A DNA stretch of 64,000 nucleotides from Monocercomonoides exilis PA203 (taxonomy: Eukaryota; Protista; Preaxostyla): the NCBI GenBank assembly GCA_001643675.2, contig LSRY02000006.1:434001-498000 (forward strand), read 5' to 3'. A program made the translations under genes and the position numbers. Of the stretch, positions 32,951-45,500 are shown one piece after another (the stretch's first letter is position 1; every line of letters starts with the position of its first letter). The notes beneath the pieces were generated by a model that saw nothing but the letters and a program-made list of their open reading frames with translations, had not been told where the DNA came from and searched no databases.

Positions 32951-35900
32951 CTAATAAGTGTGCTCATAATCTCCAAATCCAAATTGAGAATCGTCAAATG
33001 TTGGAAGAAATCCAAATTCACTTCCACTAACATTTCCAAGTCCATTCAATGCAGCCTCTTCTCTCTTTCTCTCTTCTTCTCTTCTTCGAGCGAGCTCTCG
33101 TTCTCTTTCGGCAAACTCTTCTTTTTCCTTCAACCTTGAATACGCTTCAGCTTCTTCTTTTTCCCTTTCATAAAGAAGAAGTCGAGATGCATCAACGCCA
33201 ACTTCGTCCATAATCATATTGTTGCGTTCTTCTATCAGCTGATCGGACCATTCAACACCTCTTCCACCTCTTCCCGTTTCTCCTCTTCCTCTAAAATGCC
33301 CATCAAACCCAAACGATCCGATCACCTCTCCGCTTCCATCTCCCCACTCATCCCACTCATTTCCTTGTTTCTTGTTTCGATATGACGGATGAGTCATTGG
33401 TAGCGGCTGGGCAACTAGAGATGGTGCGGTTGTGCGCAAAAATACACTATCGGCACCTGAGATAGCTCTGCTAACTTGTGGCATTGTAAACGAAAATGAA
33501 CCTTTTGGCTCATCGGAAGCTGCGCTTGAAGAAGAAGTATCCGATAAGCCCGATGGAACAGGCGGTGGTGAATAGTTGAAGCCAGTTACAGGAGAAAACG
33601 GATGAAGTTTGCTAGCCTCTTTTTCAATTTCTTGATAGCACAGCAAATGATATACAGTGTTATCTGGTGCAATAGCAACTGCCATTCCAGTCGAGCCTGA
33701 AGCCCGCCCTCCCATCACATTTCCACATTTGCCGCAGCGAGTGCCAGCAGTTATAGTTACGCGGCGAGACATCTCAGCCACTCTTCTTCCCTCCGAAAGC
33801 ACATCTTCAGACCGCAGAAGCGAATGCGCCAGTCGAGTATTCCGCAATGAACATCCCAGCGATTCAAACACAAGGCGAAGGAAAGGCACAGCGTCGCTAA
33901 CTCGAAGAGTTTCTGGAAGAAGCGAAAGCATCGATTCTTTTTCCAAATAGCCAAAGAATTTGACAAGGTACTCTGTAACCACAGGAACATTCTTTGATTC
34001 AAGCAACACTTTCACTAACGTTTCGTGTATCTTGTGCTCTTCCCTATGATCATCGTCCAATCTGGGATCATAAAATACGCAGCAATAGTCTTCAGCCGCT
34101 TGAATATCGCCCATTGTGCACACCAAAAGTCGAAGTGCTTCGACATGCTGTCCAGCTTTGCTGAGTAAGATAACCTGTTCTTCCAGGAAATCTTCATTGT
34201 CTTTAAATGGAGTTAAAAGCTCTGATGGAGAATAGCATCTGGAATACTTCAAGAAGTTTATCAGCCTCAAACGAAGATAACCAATCTCGCCTTTTTCTTC
34301 CACTGCTGGTACAAACCGCTCCTTTTTCTTTGAGTAAGCACGCTTGGCGGATGCAGAAATTATTGGTGTAGCAGAATTTGTGGATGAATCCAATGGGCCA
34401 GGCATATCGTCATCCTTTTTCCCCAATCCAGAAGTCACAGCCATTAAATCATCTTCTTTTGATTCTTCAGTAACAGATTTCAGTTTTCTAAGATCAATAA
34501 TCCTTTCCCTATACAGCAGGGCAAGCCTGTTGTGTACAAATGGTTCAGTTGAGTTGCGTTCCTCGACAAGAAACTCCAAGAACGGTAGTCGATGCGGTGG
34601 GCACTGAGCTCCGATGATTTGCAGCGCTTCATGTGGATCGAGTGGGTCGATCTCGTGAACTGGATCGTGAACAAATACACGCAAACCAAATGGCAGCTGG
34701 TTCATGCGCTGTAAAGGCCATGTTGATCTCTCGGGAATCTGAGGTGTGGGACCAAAGAGAACAGAAGAAACGGGTGAGAGAGAGGCAGATGATCTTTGAG
34801 AGGAAGAAGAAAGCAAAGGCAAAGGCCGGAGAGGAAGCAGATGATGATATGGGAATTGCTGCTTGCTGTGTGCTGCTCCTCCGTGCTCTGCAGATCCTCT
34901 TGACAAATGTCCAGAAAGTGCTGATGATCCTGTTGAGGACATGCTTGTTGGTGCTCCATTTCGAGCAGATCCGTACGACGAAGAAATACTTCCAGAAGGC
35001 ATCGATGAAGACATGTCAATGGGAATGGGACGTGCCCTAGAATCGAGATCATACCCGCTCGCTGTTACTCTTTTCTCTTCATCTGATCTTTCTCTTTTTT
35101 CCACTTCTCCTTTTATGAATGTGTTGATATTCTTTCCGGATATAACACTTTGGATTCTATCCACATCCATATCATGAAGCAACGCTTTGCCTTCCTCACA
35201 CACGCCAACAGTTTCTTGTTGAACGCTATACACATCCATCGCCTGCTTCATTGACACATTCAACTGAGGAAGAGGTACTTGCTCTCTCTTTCCAAGCGGC
35301 GTTTTCCCTTCTCTCCATTCTTCAATGCTCGCCAAGTCTGTTCCGTTTTCTGCGTATTCGTGGTCAGAAAATGAAGTGAAATCAACTGCGTGTGGCAGCA
35401 GTGATCCTTCGTTCTCTGGTGGAGTGAGAGGACGTGGAACAGATGCAGAGTTAGGCTGTGCTATAGAAGATGGTCCTGCACTATATCCAACTGATGTTGC
35501 ATCTACACCAGATCTCCGCTTGCCACCCAGCTCAGGACGAGAAAGCCCAACTGCACCAAAGCCGAAGTCGTCCTGATTCGCTGAGTCTCCGCGCTCTCTT
35601 TCAATTGCACTGACTACAGCAGCCTCTTCACTGTCGACGTAGAACTCGCTCACTTCATACGGATACTTCAGCATCAGCATCCTCCGGTCGTATCCATAGC
35701 TCACACAGTTGGCAACATCCCGTGTCAGTGCAAAGAATGAGAAGGGATACTTCTTCTTTGCCTCAAGCAGCCGATCCCCTGCTCTGTCATCTTTCTCTCT
35801 CCACACTTCCTTGTTTCTCTGTGAGGAGCTGCTGCCAAACCCAACTCCTCCATTTTTGTAGATTGACACAATTTCACCCGAGTCTGGGATTCCGTGTAAG

Positions 35901-38900
35901 TACGTGGTGTTGATGAGCTCGTTGTCTTTGATTAGAAGAGGGGTGGAGAATTCAGATATCAACGGAAGATGTTCAGGGCCAAGCCGCTGGAGATAATGCA
36001 TAATTTCCTTAAATGCACTAATCCGTTGGCTTTCTTTTTGCAGAGGTGCAGACAACTGCTTCATTGTTTCTGAGAACACAGCCGATGATGCAGATGACGA
36101 AGCAGAAGAAGAAGATGATGAACTTCCGGCAGCACCATCATGCTCATCGCCACCTTCCCCAGCGACAGATCCGATCACTCTTTTCCCGCCAGCCACACCT
36201 CCAACATCTTTGATTCCTTTTCCTTTCTTTTGATCCAGCACCATTCTCCCTTCCATCTTTGCTCGCATGTTCTCAACCGCTGCTTCTTTGTCCAGAAGCA
36301 TCGAAAGCGCCTCCAGATGCAGCCCGCGCTGGTGCAAGAAATTGACCAGAATTGAATACTGCTTAGCTTCACCCAGCTTCAGGCACATTTCATCCGCATC
36401 GGCAAAGAAAACAGGCTGATTCAGCAGTGAAATGATAAGCCCATTCACTTTCTCGTGCGATTTTTCGTTCTGAGTGACATCAGGATAGCAGTAGAGGATG
36501 ATCTCAACAAGCGACGTGTCGATAAGTGTTAGAAGAGACAAGGGATCAGGACAAACACATGAATGCACATTCCCCGACAGAAGAGTCGGAAGACACACAC
36601 GCGGAAGCTCTTCCTCTGCGTCTGCAGCCATTCCGCTTGCATTCTGCGAATCTTCTCTGTCTCCCCTTGTTCCGCGCTCTCTTTCTTTCGTCTCTTCCTC
36701 TCGAATGATTCTCATCCGCTCTTCTGCTTTCTCTCTAGGCGACATCAGCGTGGGTCGGGCAAAGAGATACGCAAGCTCATCGTAGAATGAAGGAAACGCA
36801 GGCAAATCAGATTCAGAACTCTGCACAAAAGATAGCTTCATTGCGTCTCTCAGCGCAAACGTCTTTTCAAGTGCGTTCAGAGGTACGCTCCGAGTCTCAG
36901 CTGAAGAAGTGGATGAAAGTGGAGGAATGACATGCGAAGGAAGTGGGTATTGTCTGACGAGCTCCTGCGACGAATGGAAATGCGCGCTGGCTGTTTCTAC
37001 AATCGCCTTTAGCGCATCCTTCACGCCTTCCACGGGAACGTGTGTGCGGCGGTGGATCTCCTCAGTCTGCGCAATCAGCGCATTGAAGTTCTGTGCGATC
37101 ACCATATTTCTGCAATGCCTCAAAAACCCAACAAGAGCAGCAAGAAACATAATGAAGATAGGCGAAGTTGGGGTCGTTTGAAGTGTGTATGAAGGAAGTT
37201 CCTCTCCTCCGCCTGCTCCGCCTCGTCCTGCTTTGCCCTGGCAGAGCACCTTCAGACGATTGAGAAAAGGAGACTTGCGAATAAGCAGAGTGAACCAGTT
37301 GAGAGTGAAGAAGATGTCGTGCCTCGCCAAAAAGTAGTGGTAAAACGTGGCAGTCGGCGACAAGCGCTCCAACTCAGCAAAACCCAAGTTTCTGTTGCAG
37401 CTTTCGATTAACTCTCTCTTTCGACTGCGCACTCCTGAAGCACCACGCGAACCTCTTTCTCCTTCACCGCTGCTCCCAACTCTTCCATCTCCTTCTCTCT
37501 CCCTCTCTCTTTCTCTTTCTCCGCCTCCGCCAATCCACTCCTCATCCACAGCCATCAGTAGGGCGAGTGCATCAGCATCGCGGTGGTCCTTCTGCAGCAG
37601 CGCTACAACATCCTCAACTTGTGCTGGGACGAGCTCAAACACAGCACGCTGGCTCAGCACAAAGAGACGAAATCGGGTGACAGAGCGAACCGGTGGGCGG
37701 ATGGGTGAGGCAGATGAAGAATCCAACTGAGAATACGAGGCAGACTGCGAAGAAGAAGGAGAAGGCATTCCAGGACGAGAGGATCCAAAAGCCGAAGAAG
37801 AAGGGGAAGAAGACAGAGACATGAACGATGGATTGAGAGAAGAAGGCGAATTAGCAGTGTATGTGATGTCCATCGGGTTCAAAGAGTGCAGAATGGAGTC
37901 TGTCGATGCCAGACCCACCAGCTGAATGGGCGACTGCATCTCTTTCGAAGCAGTCCCATCGCCAGTCATGTTCAAATACGTCACAAGCGCCTCTCTGAAG
38001 CGGTCTTCTCCAATCACACCGATTGGCTCCTGCGCATATGACAGGCCAATTTCGATGTGCGAGCCACGCAGAGCAGCCACGTAAGGATACAAAGATGAAA
38101 GGCATTGCACTCCTTCCAGCCTCGCTCCGCAGATCTGCTCGACTTCACGGATAAGAGGCGTCTTGCTGGCATCAGGTCGGTCAAATGTGATCCTGAGAGG
38201 GATAATAATTTTGAAAAAATGAAAATTATTAAGTCAAAAAATAAATTACAAATTTTAAAAAACGCAAAAAAATATGTAAAAAATGTTGTGAATATCATTT
38301 TAAACAACTTTTCACCCACGTACCATTTAAATGATTCGCGTTCTGTTGCTCTATTTTGAATGTTTATAAGATCGCAAGTTGTTGGCGTTGCCAAGAGAAG
38401 GAGTTCTTCTTCATCTAATGATGTTGGGCACACAGCTCCAGCTCCTTCACCCAATATCACTTCTGTTGATGTTTTTCCAGTAGCCACATTATGGTTAATG
38501 AATCCTCTCTTCGTGAAAATAAACAGTAAATTTCCGACAAATCTCATCTTACGGATTGTTTCAGGTTGAATAATCTCATTGAACCATTGAAAAGTCTGTC
38601 CATCCCAGAAAAAAAACGAAATTACTTTTCTATCTTCACGCTTTCCGGTTCTGTTTAATAAAAGAAAGAAAAAAGAAAAGGAAAAAGAAAAAAATTAAAA
38701 ATGCATCTTTGAAAGAAAGAAAGCCAAACTTCTTTTCAAGAGAGCAAGCGAGTATTGGCAGCTTCCCTGCTCCGTTCATTCCTTTAAAGCCTGGTTGAAA
38801 AGCGGCCTTCGGAACTTGAAATGCCTTTGTAGCTGCACCAACAGCAAACAAGGTTGTGCCTTTTGTATCCGGTAAAGGAACAGGTGTGCTCCATTTTTTG

Positions 38901-39340
38901 ACATCCAACATGCAGCACACTTTTTAAAATAAATTTTTCAAATATTCATTTAATATAAAGGAAAATCAAAACAAGTTTACCTTTTTTCTCCGACAAAAAT
39001 ATAATGATAGAATCCATTAGAACTTGGACGTCCAATGTTTTGTCCAATGGCAATTCTTGAACATGTCCACGAAGATTTCTTCCAGCTTAAAAGATAATAA
39101 AAATAAATGAAAAAATAATCATAAATCCATCAAAAGTACAAACATTCTGGAGGTTCTAATTGGAGAAGTTGATGAGCTCCAGAGCTAAGTCCAACAAGAA
39201 GGAGATCATCTTAACAAAAAGAAATATGCCAATTGAAAATTATCAGACAAAGTCAAACCTCGTATCAAACGACAATATGAAAAATATTGTTTTGGAGGAA
39301 GTATGTACCTGCAAACAGGTTCTAAAGCGTTTATGCTCAT
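32951..39340 (-). CDS. VPS39: Vps39/Vam6-like HOPS/CORVET subunit (CNH propeller, Vps39 repeats, C-terminal zinc knuckle), ~1996 aa, 6 exons
   Basis: Exons 39340-39259, 39209-39144, 39085-38981, 38919-38730, 38629-38324 and 38192-32951 splice in frame through GT-AG introns. The N-terminus MSINALEPV...DDLLLVGLSSG resembles the Vps39 start. Other matches: LIDTSLVEI, QYSILVNFLHQRGLHLEALSML, YLQRLG, FLEFLV...VHNRLALLY, LRLRLINFLKYS, LEEQVILLSKAGQHVEALRLLV...AAEDYC, and CGKC...YHLLC. Vps3/TGFBRAP1 identity is not excluded. Confidence 0.85.
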
Positions 39341-39524
39341 TACTTCCTTTTTGTTAGATCAATTGAAAATGAACAAAGTGTAATGGGGGAAATTTTCAAA
39401 TTCTGAATTTGTTATTTCAATGCAGTTTGTGTATTGTCATATCATAGAAAATGCAATTTATTTGTTTCAAATTGAGTTAGAAATGCACCCTTTATTCGTC
39501 AAAAAACAGTGACTTCGATCAAAA
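39341..39524. promoter_or_regulatory. Putative bidirectional promoter between VPS39-like (minus) and the giant gene (plus)
   Basis: Only 184 bp separate the two inferred ATGs; this depends on the inferred first exon of the giant gene. Confidence 0.5.
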
Positions 39525-42500
39525 ATGGTCTGCAACTCGAATAAAAATTATTTAATTGATTTCACTCCAATGAAATATTTTTAAATTTATATTTACGTGA
39601 AATAACAAATTCAATTTGCGTTTTTTATTTGTAATTCTTTCTATTCGCTGTGTCGGATTTGCTCTTCGCAGTCTTTGACAGTGACGGGAAACAAAGACAT
39701 AAAACTAATTGCACTTAGTGCAGAATGCTTTCAAAAGTATATTTTATATTTTTATTATATTTTTTGTATTTTGTCACATTTGCATTTATCATTTGTAATT
39801 GAAATAGGATCCATGGTCGATCTGATCCAAGAGGATTTGTCACTGTCACAATCGAAAAACGAATGCCATCACATATTGTTTATTGCATTGTGATTAAAGA
39901 AGGAAAAGATCAAACAGATCCCTTGCTTTTTGATGATATTTCCAAAGAAAATGTTGCTATAATTGTATGAAATAGAAATGTTAAATTTACAATTTTTGTA
40001 CTTTATTCTATTCGGACATCAAAATTTAACATATATTTTTTATCAATCAATTTATTTTGATGATATTCAGACCGTGAAAGACAGAACGATAACATTCAGA
40101 GATTCAAGGCAACGCGTTTGGATGTTCAAATTCAGCTCCACGGAAGACGCTTTGAATTTTGCATCAATAATTAAGAAAGAAAGGGAACGAGCAATTGCTT
40201 TAAATAGAGAATCCTTTCTTCATCAGCACGGAGCGAACCAGCAAATTAATCCAGTCGGATTATCATTTCATTCAAAAAATGCTTCGCTTTCAGGGTCAGT
40301 TAAACATGAAGTAAACACAATCGCACCACAATCTCACAGCACTTCTCAGACATCTTCTGTTCATTCATCTGCGCCTTCTGCAAACATGCAGCAAGCCCCT
40401 TCTCATTCTGTTGAACATTCATCATTCAGCGGACCTTCTTATTGTTCGTCTTTATCTCACACTTCTCTTTTACCATTAAAAGACTCAGGCTCATCGGTTT
40501 CATTCAACCAGCGTCAGAATGCAGACATCACTAAAAAGGAAGAGCCTTCGCTTCTTTCAAACAGCCCTTCCTTCAATGACAAAGCACCAGCACATTCTTT
40601 TCATTCTTCTTCTTCGACTGCTCCGTCTTCAAACCAGACAATATACTTCAAAGATGGATTCACCTCCACTTTTTCTTCTTCACTATCGCCCACACTTCAG
40701 TCTTCCTCTCCTTCTTCCTCAACATCTTCAAATATCTCTTCACTTCAGCCAACTTCTTCCTCGTTTCAGACTCAATCTTCATTCCCATCTATGAATACAT
40801 CACACCCACAAACAGCTCCCCAACTCTCTTCATTTCACTACCCCACCGTTTCGAGTGTCAAGCAGCCATCTCCTGCTTTCTCATCATACATGTCGTTTCC
40901 TTCTCCCCTCACATCCTCCATCACTTCAGCCCAGTCACAGCTCAAACAAGCCCCGCAGATGCCTTCTTCTGCCTCTGCCTTCATCTCCACCTCAGCTGCA
41001 ACCTCATTTCACTCATCGTTGCAGGCCCAGGCACAAGTCCAGTCTCAGCTGCAGGCTCCTTCTTCGAAGTTGGCCCAGGCAGCAGCTCAGGCACCTTCGT
41101 CGTCGTCTTCTTCATCTTCGCTTCACACTTCTTCAATGTCCTTTCCTGCAGCTCCATCTTCTGTGCAGATACCTCAGCCAACAGCAGCAGCATCCACACC
41201 TGCTTCAACCTCCACTTCATCTTCATTTCCATCTGCTACTGTCAAATCACAGCCACAACATGTTAACAACGATGCTTCAATTTTATCAAATTCAACAGAC
41301 TCATCGTCATCATCTTCTTCATCGATATCTTCTACTTCTTCAACAAGCACACCACAGCAGCCTCGTTTATCTTCACCGTCTGTTTCAGCCCCGACGCTGA
41401 TGACACCGACAGCCCGCTACAACAGCTCTTTTGCACCCACACAGCGATGGAATGTGAGAGATTTCATTCCATCGTCTGTGATACGCGAGGGAAAAGGAAC
41501 GTGGCGTGCGCTGCCTGGTGATTATGTCGGGGTGAATCTGGCGATATACGAGCAGAACAGGAAGGATGACTCGACGAAGGGAAGGCTGATCTACTCGATG
41601 AGAGACGGGCAGATGCTGAAGGTGCTGCTGCACGACTGGATAGCTGCAGAGGACGCGGCTGCTCTTGAATCAGAGGAGAAGAAGAAAGAAGCAGAAAAGA
41701 AGGACAGAATTCTGCCGAAGCGCAGCGAAAGAGAGAAAAACGAGAAGCCTGTGAAGCGGACTCCGTTTGAGTGCGATACGGCGGAAGAGCTGAAGGAAGT
41801 GGCAGCAAAAGAAGAGGCGCGGATGGAGAGAGAGCTGAAGGAGATGGAAAGAAACGAGAAAGAACGAAGAGAGCGAATTCTCAAATCCCAAAAGGTGTCT
41901 TCTGCTTCGCAGTCGTCATCATCGTCGGCTGGGCAGCTGGGCAGCGGGAGAGAAGACAGAAGAGGAAGAGACGCTGATTCAAAGTCGTATTCTTCATATT
42001 CAATGGCTTCATTGGGCTCTCCCATCCATTCACCGACTTTGGCTTCCCGTCTGCTTCCATCGCTGCCTTCGATTAGCTCAACAGCTTCTGCTTCTGCGCC
42101 TTTCTTTTATTCTCTGTTTTTACCGCCGAATGTTCCGACATCGTTCAAATACAGCCACGAAAGCGACAAAATCCAGGCGACCATCCCAGTCACGATCGAG
42201 CGGTCGATAATTGGGATGAAGAAAGATGAGTGCAGACAGGTTTTGATCCCGCTGTCAGCGCTGGGCCCGCTCTGGACGAAAGAAGGGCCGATTAACGTGG
42301 CGATGAAGCATCATGTGAGGAGAGTTGGAGGAGATGGACATTTGCTGTACACACGGAGAGGAGAAGAGGAGCTGCTGGACATTTGGATGGAAGGGAAGAG
42401 GAAAGGGAACGAAATAGCTGCTAAATACAAAGGTGTGTGATTGGTGAGAATTGTGAACTGTGGATTTCAAACTGTGAAGCTTTTAATTGTTGAATTTATT

Positions 42501-45500
42501 TTATTTTTTTTTTCCCTTTTTTTCTTTTATAACATTTTGTTCACTCATTTTTTTTTCCAACTTATCAACTTCATTTTCTTTCAGTGTGGAGAGATTGTCT
42601 TCATGACCAGAACTTGCCAGAAACTTCTTCTGGTTCAAGCAAAGCTGCACACAATCAACAAAAAGGGAAATCTGGTAGCTCCAAAAAACCCGATGAAAAG
42701 ACACCTTCAAGCGGAATGAAGCAAGAACTGAAGCAGTTGTTAGTCAAACCTAAACGACCATCAAGCTCTACATCAACTTCAAGTTCATCATCTTCATCAT
42801 CTTCATCTTCATCTTCATCAACTTCTTTAGCACCTTCTTCATCTCCTCGTTCAACCTCTCCTTCTTCCTTGTCATCTTTGTCATCTTTGCCTTCATTATC
42901 TTCTCTCTCTTCTCTTTCATCTCTTTCCTCCCTTGCTTCTCTTTCTTCCCTTTCCTCTCTCACATCTTCAGCGCCTTCTTCTCTGTCTTCTTTATTGCAA
43001 CAGCAATCCCTCCAGTCAAACCCTGGTCCAAAATCTGTGTTTCCTTCATTTTACAAATATCTTGTCTCTTTCTTTCCAACCACACTTCCTTATGACAATT
43101 ATGCCTCTTCCTCCTCTTCTTCTTTCGACTCTGCTTTTTCTCTCATTTCTTCTCCTGTCTTTGGCCACTCTGCCACACCTTCAGTTTCTTCCAGCGGGTT
43201 CTTGTCGCCCACGTTCACTTCTTTGGATTACTCAGATCCTCTTTCATCGTTGCTGTCTATTTTGATTGGCGACAGCTATTCAACTGAAGACAACTATCGA
43301 ATGAATTTGGAGGAGGAAAATAGCTCTGAGAGTCGGCAAGGCACAGCCGGATACGACCCGGCAGAGTGTTGTGTTCTGGTTGAAATAACTCTTTTCGGGA
43401 TGAAAAGAGACGAGAAAAACAAAAAACTCACTGAAGATGAGCAGATCTCAATTTCAAACAGAATTTCTGAAGGATATTTGCAGAGAATAAAGAAAGACAC
43501 AGAAGAAAATGTTGTGCCTAATGAAGATGCTGTTTGTTTTTGTGTTGAAGATGTTATGAAGAAGAAGCAACAGAGGTTGAAGGAGATTGTTAAATGTGTG
43601 GCGGATGTGTGGTTTGAACACAAAGAGAAATGGATGGATAAATTGAGGCACATCAAAGAGAGAGAAGACGAAGAAGAGGAAAGAGAAAGAGAGAAAGAGA
43701 AAGAGAAACGGAATGAACGAAGAAGAAGATCGATAAGCAGCAAGAAGGAATTGAGAAGTTTAAGAGAAGACAGAGATGAAAGTGATGAAGCATCAATTGA
43801 AGAAGAAGAAGAGGACGAGGAAGAAGAGGAAGAAGAGAATGAAGAAGAAGGGGAGGAAAGCGGAGAGCGAGACGAATGGGAAATCAGCGACGAAGATTTG
43901 AGGCCAATGCAAAGAACAGAAGAAGCAAAGCTGAAAAACTTGCCACACGGAACGATTTTGATTCTGCGTGAGCTGCTTCGTGTGGAAGATGAGTTTGCGT
44001 TTTATGAGGGACTTTCACCATTTGAATGCGAAAAGGTGAAAAAGAAGTTGGCACAGAAAAGACTGGTTGAATTGATTGATGAAATGGACGAGAAAATGAT
44101 TGACAACATTGTTGGCACAACAAAAGAAGATGAGAAGAAGGAGAAAGACGAAGCTCCTTCAGTTTTGGATGAAGCAGAACAGACGGCCACGACTCCTCTT
44201 CCGCATTCAACTGACACTGCCATTGCAATGCCATCCGCACAACCCATTCAACTGAAAGACGAGCCAAAACCTCTTATCGAGCAGTCGGACACAGATCCAA
44301 ATGCAGTTCAGTTTGTGCCTTTGGAGCCTGTGTCAGCTGCTTCAAGGCAAAATGGCGAACTTCCATCGAATGTTGAATCAACTCCAAACAAGAATATTCA
44401 AAACAATTCTTCATCAATTGATTCACCAAGAGCAAATCAACCAAATAAATCTCCATTGAATTTAGCTAAGATCAGTAATTCAAACATATTGTCTGTTTCG
44501 CCAACAGCGGCTCGTATTCACTCTTCATCAGCTCAGAAGGACGAAACGACTGTTACTTATGCGCTGAAAGTTCGGGCATCTTTGTTCACAGACGGATTGA
44601 AAGTGAAGAGATTTCATCCTCTTTCCGATTACGATGGAACAAAAAACGGAGAGCGTTTGTCTGCAAACTTGTATTCCCCACAAGGAAACAACGCTGGCTC
44701 ATCAAGTTTATCTTCATCATTGCAATCCCTCAGTTTATCTGTTTCATCAAATTATTCTTCAGGAGGTGTTAATAACGCTTCATCGAATGATGGAATTCCT
44801 CAGCCACTTTCAGATGTGGATGAAAAGCCATCTCGTAACAATCGCAGGTCTCATAATGACTTTCAATCAAAAGAATCTGTTCATTCAGCTCTTCAACCTC
44901 AAAAGTTTTTTCTTCGTTGTTTTCAACAGACTGCCGTGAACTGGATGATGAAAATGCATGAGAGGAAAATGAGTGTGGTGCTTGCAGATGAAAGCGGACT
45001 GGGGAAAAGAGCATCAATTTTGGCTTTTTTTGGAACGCTCTCTGCAAAACGCCAACACAATCGTGAAAAAAGCAGCAATTCTTCTCGCGATTCTGCTTCA
45101 ATGGAAGTTGAAAATGCAGCACAGATCACTCAGGGAAGCAATACAGATTTGATGAAATGCAGATATCTTGTTGTTTGTTCGACTCTCGCTGTTGCAAAGC
45201 ATTGGGCTAAAGAAGCTCACAAGTGGTGTCCAAATCAAAAGACAGTGATACTTCTGTTTCACAATGTGGATGAAAAAAATAAAGATGCTGAAAGATATGC
45301 AATGGATGAAGAGGAAGCAAGTTCATCAGTTGAAAAGGAAGTTAAAATGCATAAAAAAGATGGAAAGTTGGGAATGAATAAGCAATTATGTGGTTTCATT
45401 GGAAGCAACAATGGTTCCTTACATCGTGTTGTTATGAAGGAATCTCCATTTAGTTTGTTTGAAGCTAGCTTGAATGAAGAAGCAAATAGAATGCCAAATA

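Noticed and set aside
32951-32953. Possible TAA/TAG-to-Gln host code, since the other complete genes end in TGA
   Set aside because: Many thousands of host codons, including the giant exon, have no in-frame TAA/TAG, and Gln is encoded by CAA/CAG. TAG here is best read as a normal stop.
39963-40070. Start of the 825-aa ORF as the gene start
   Set aside because: This stretch is an AT-rich GTATGA...TTCAG intron (39965-40070) that happens to be open.
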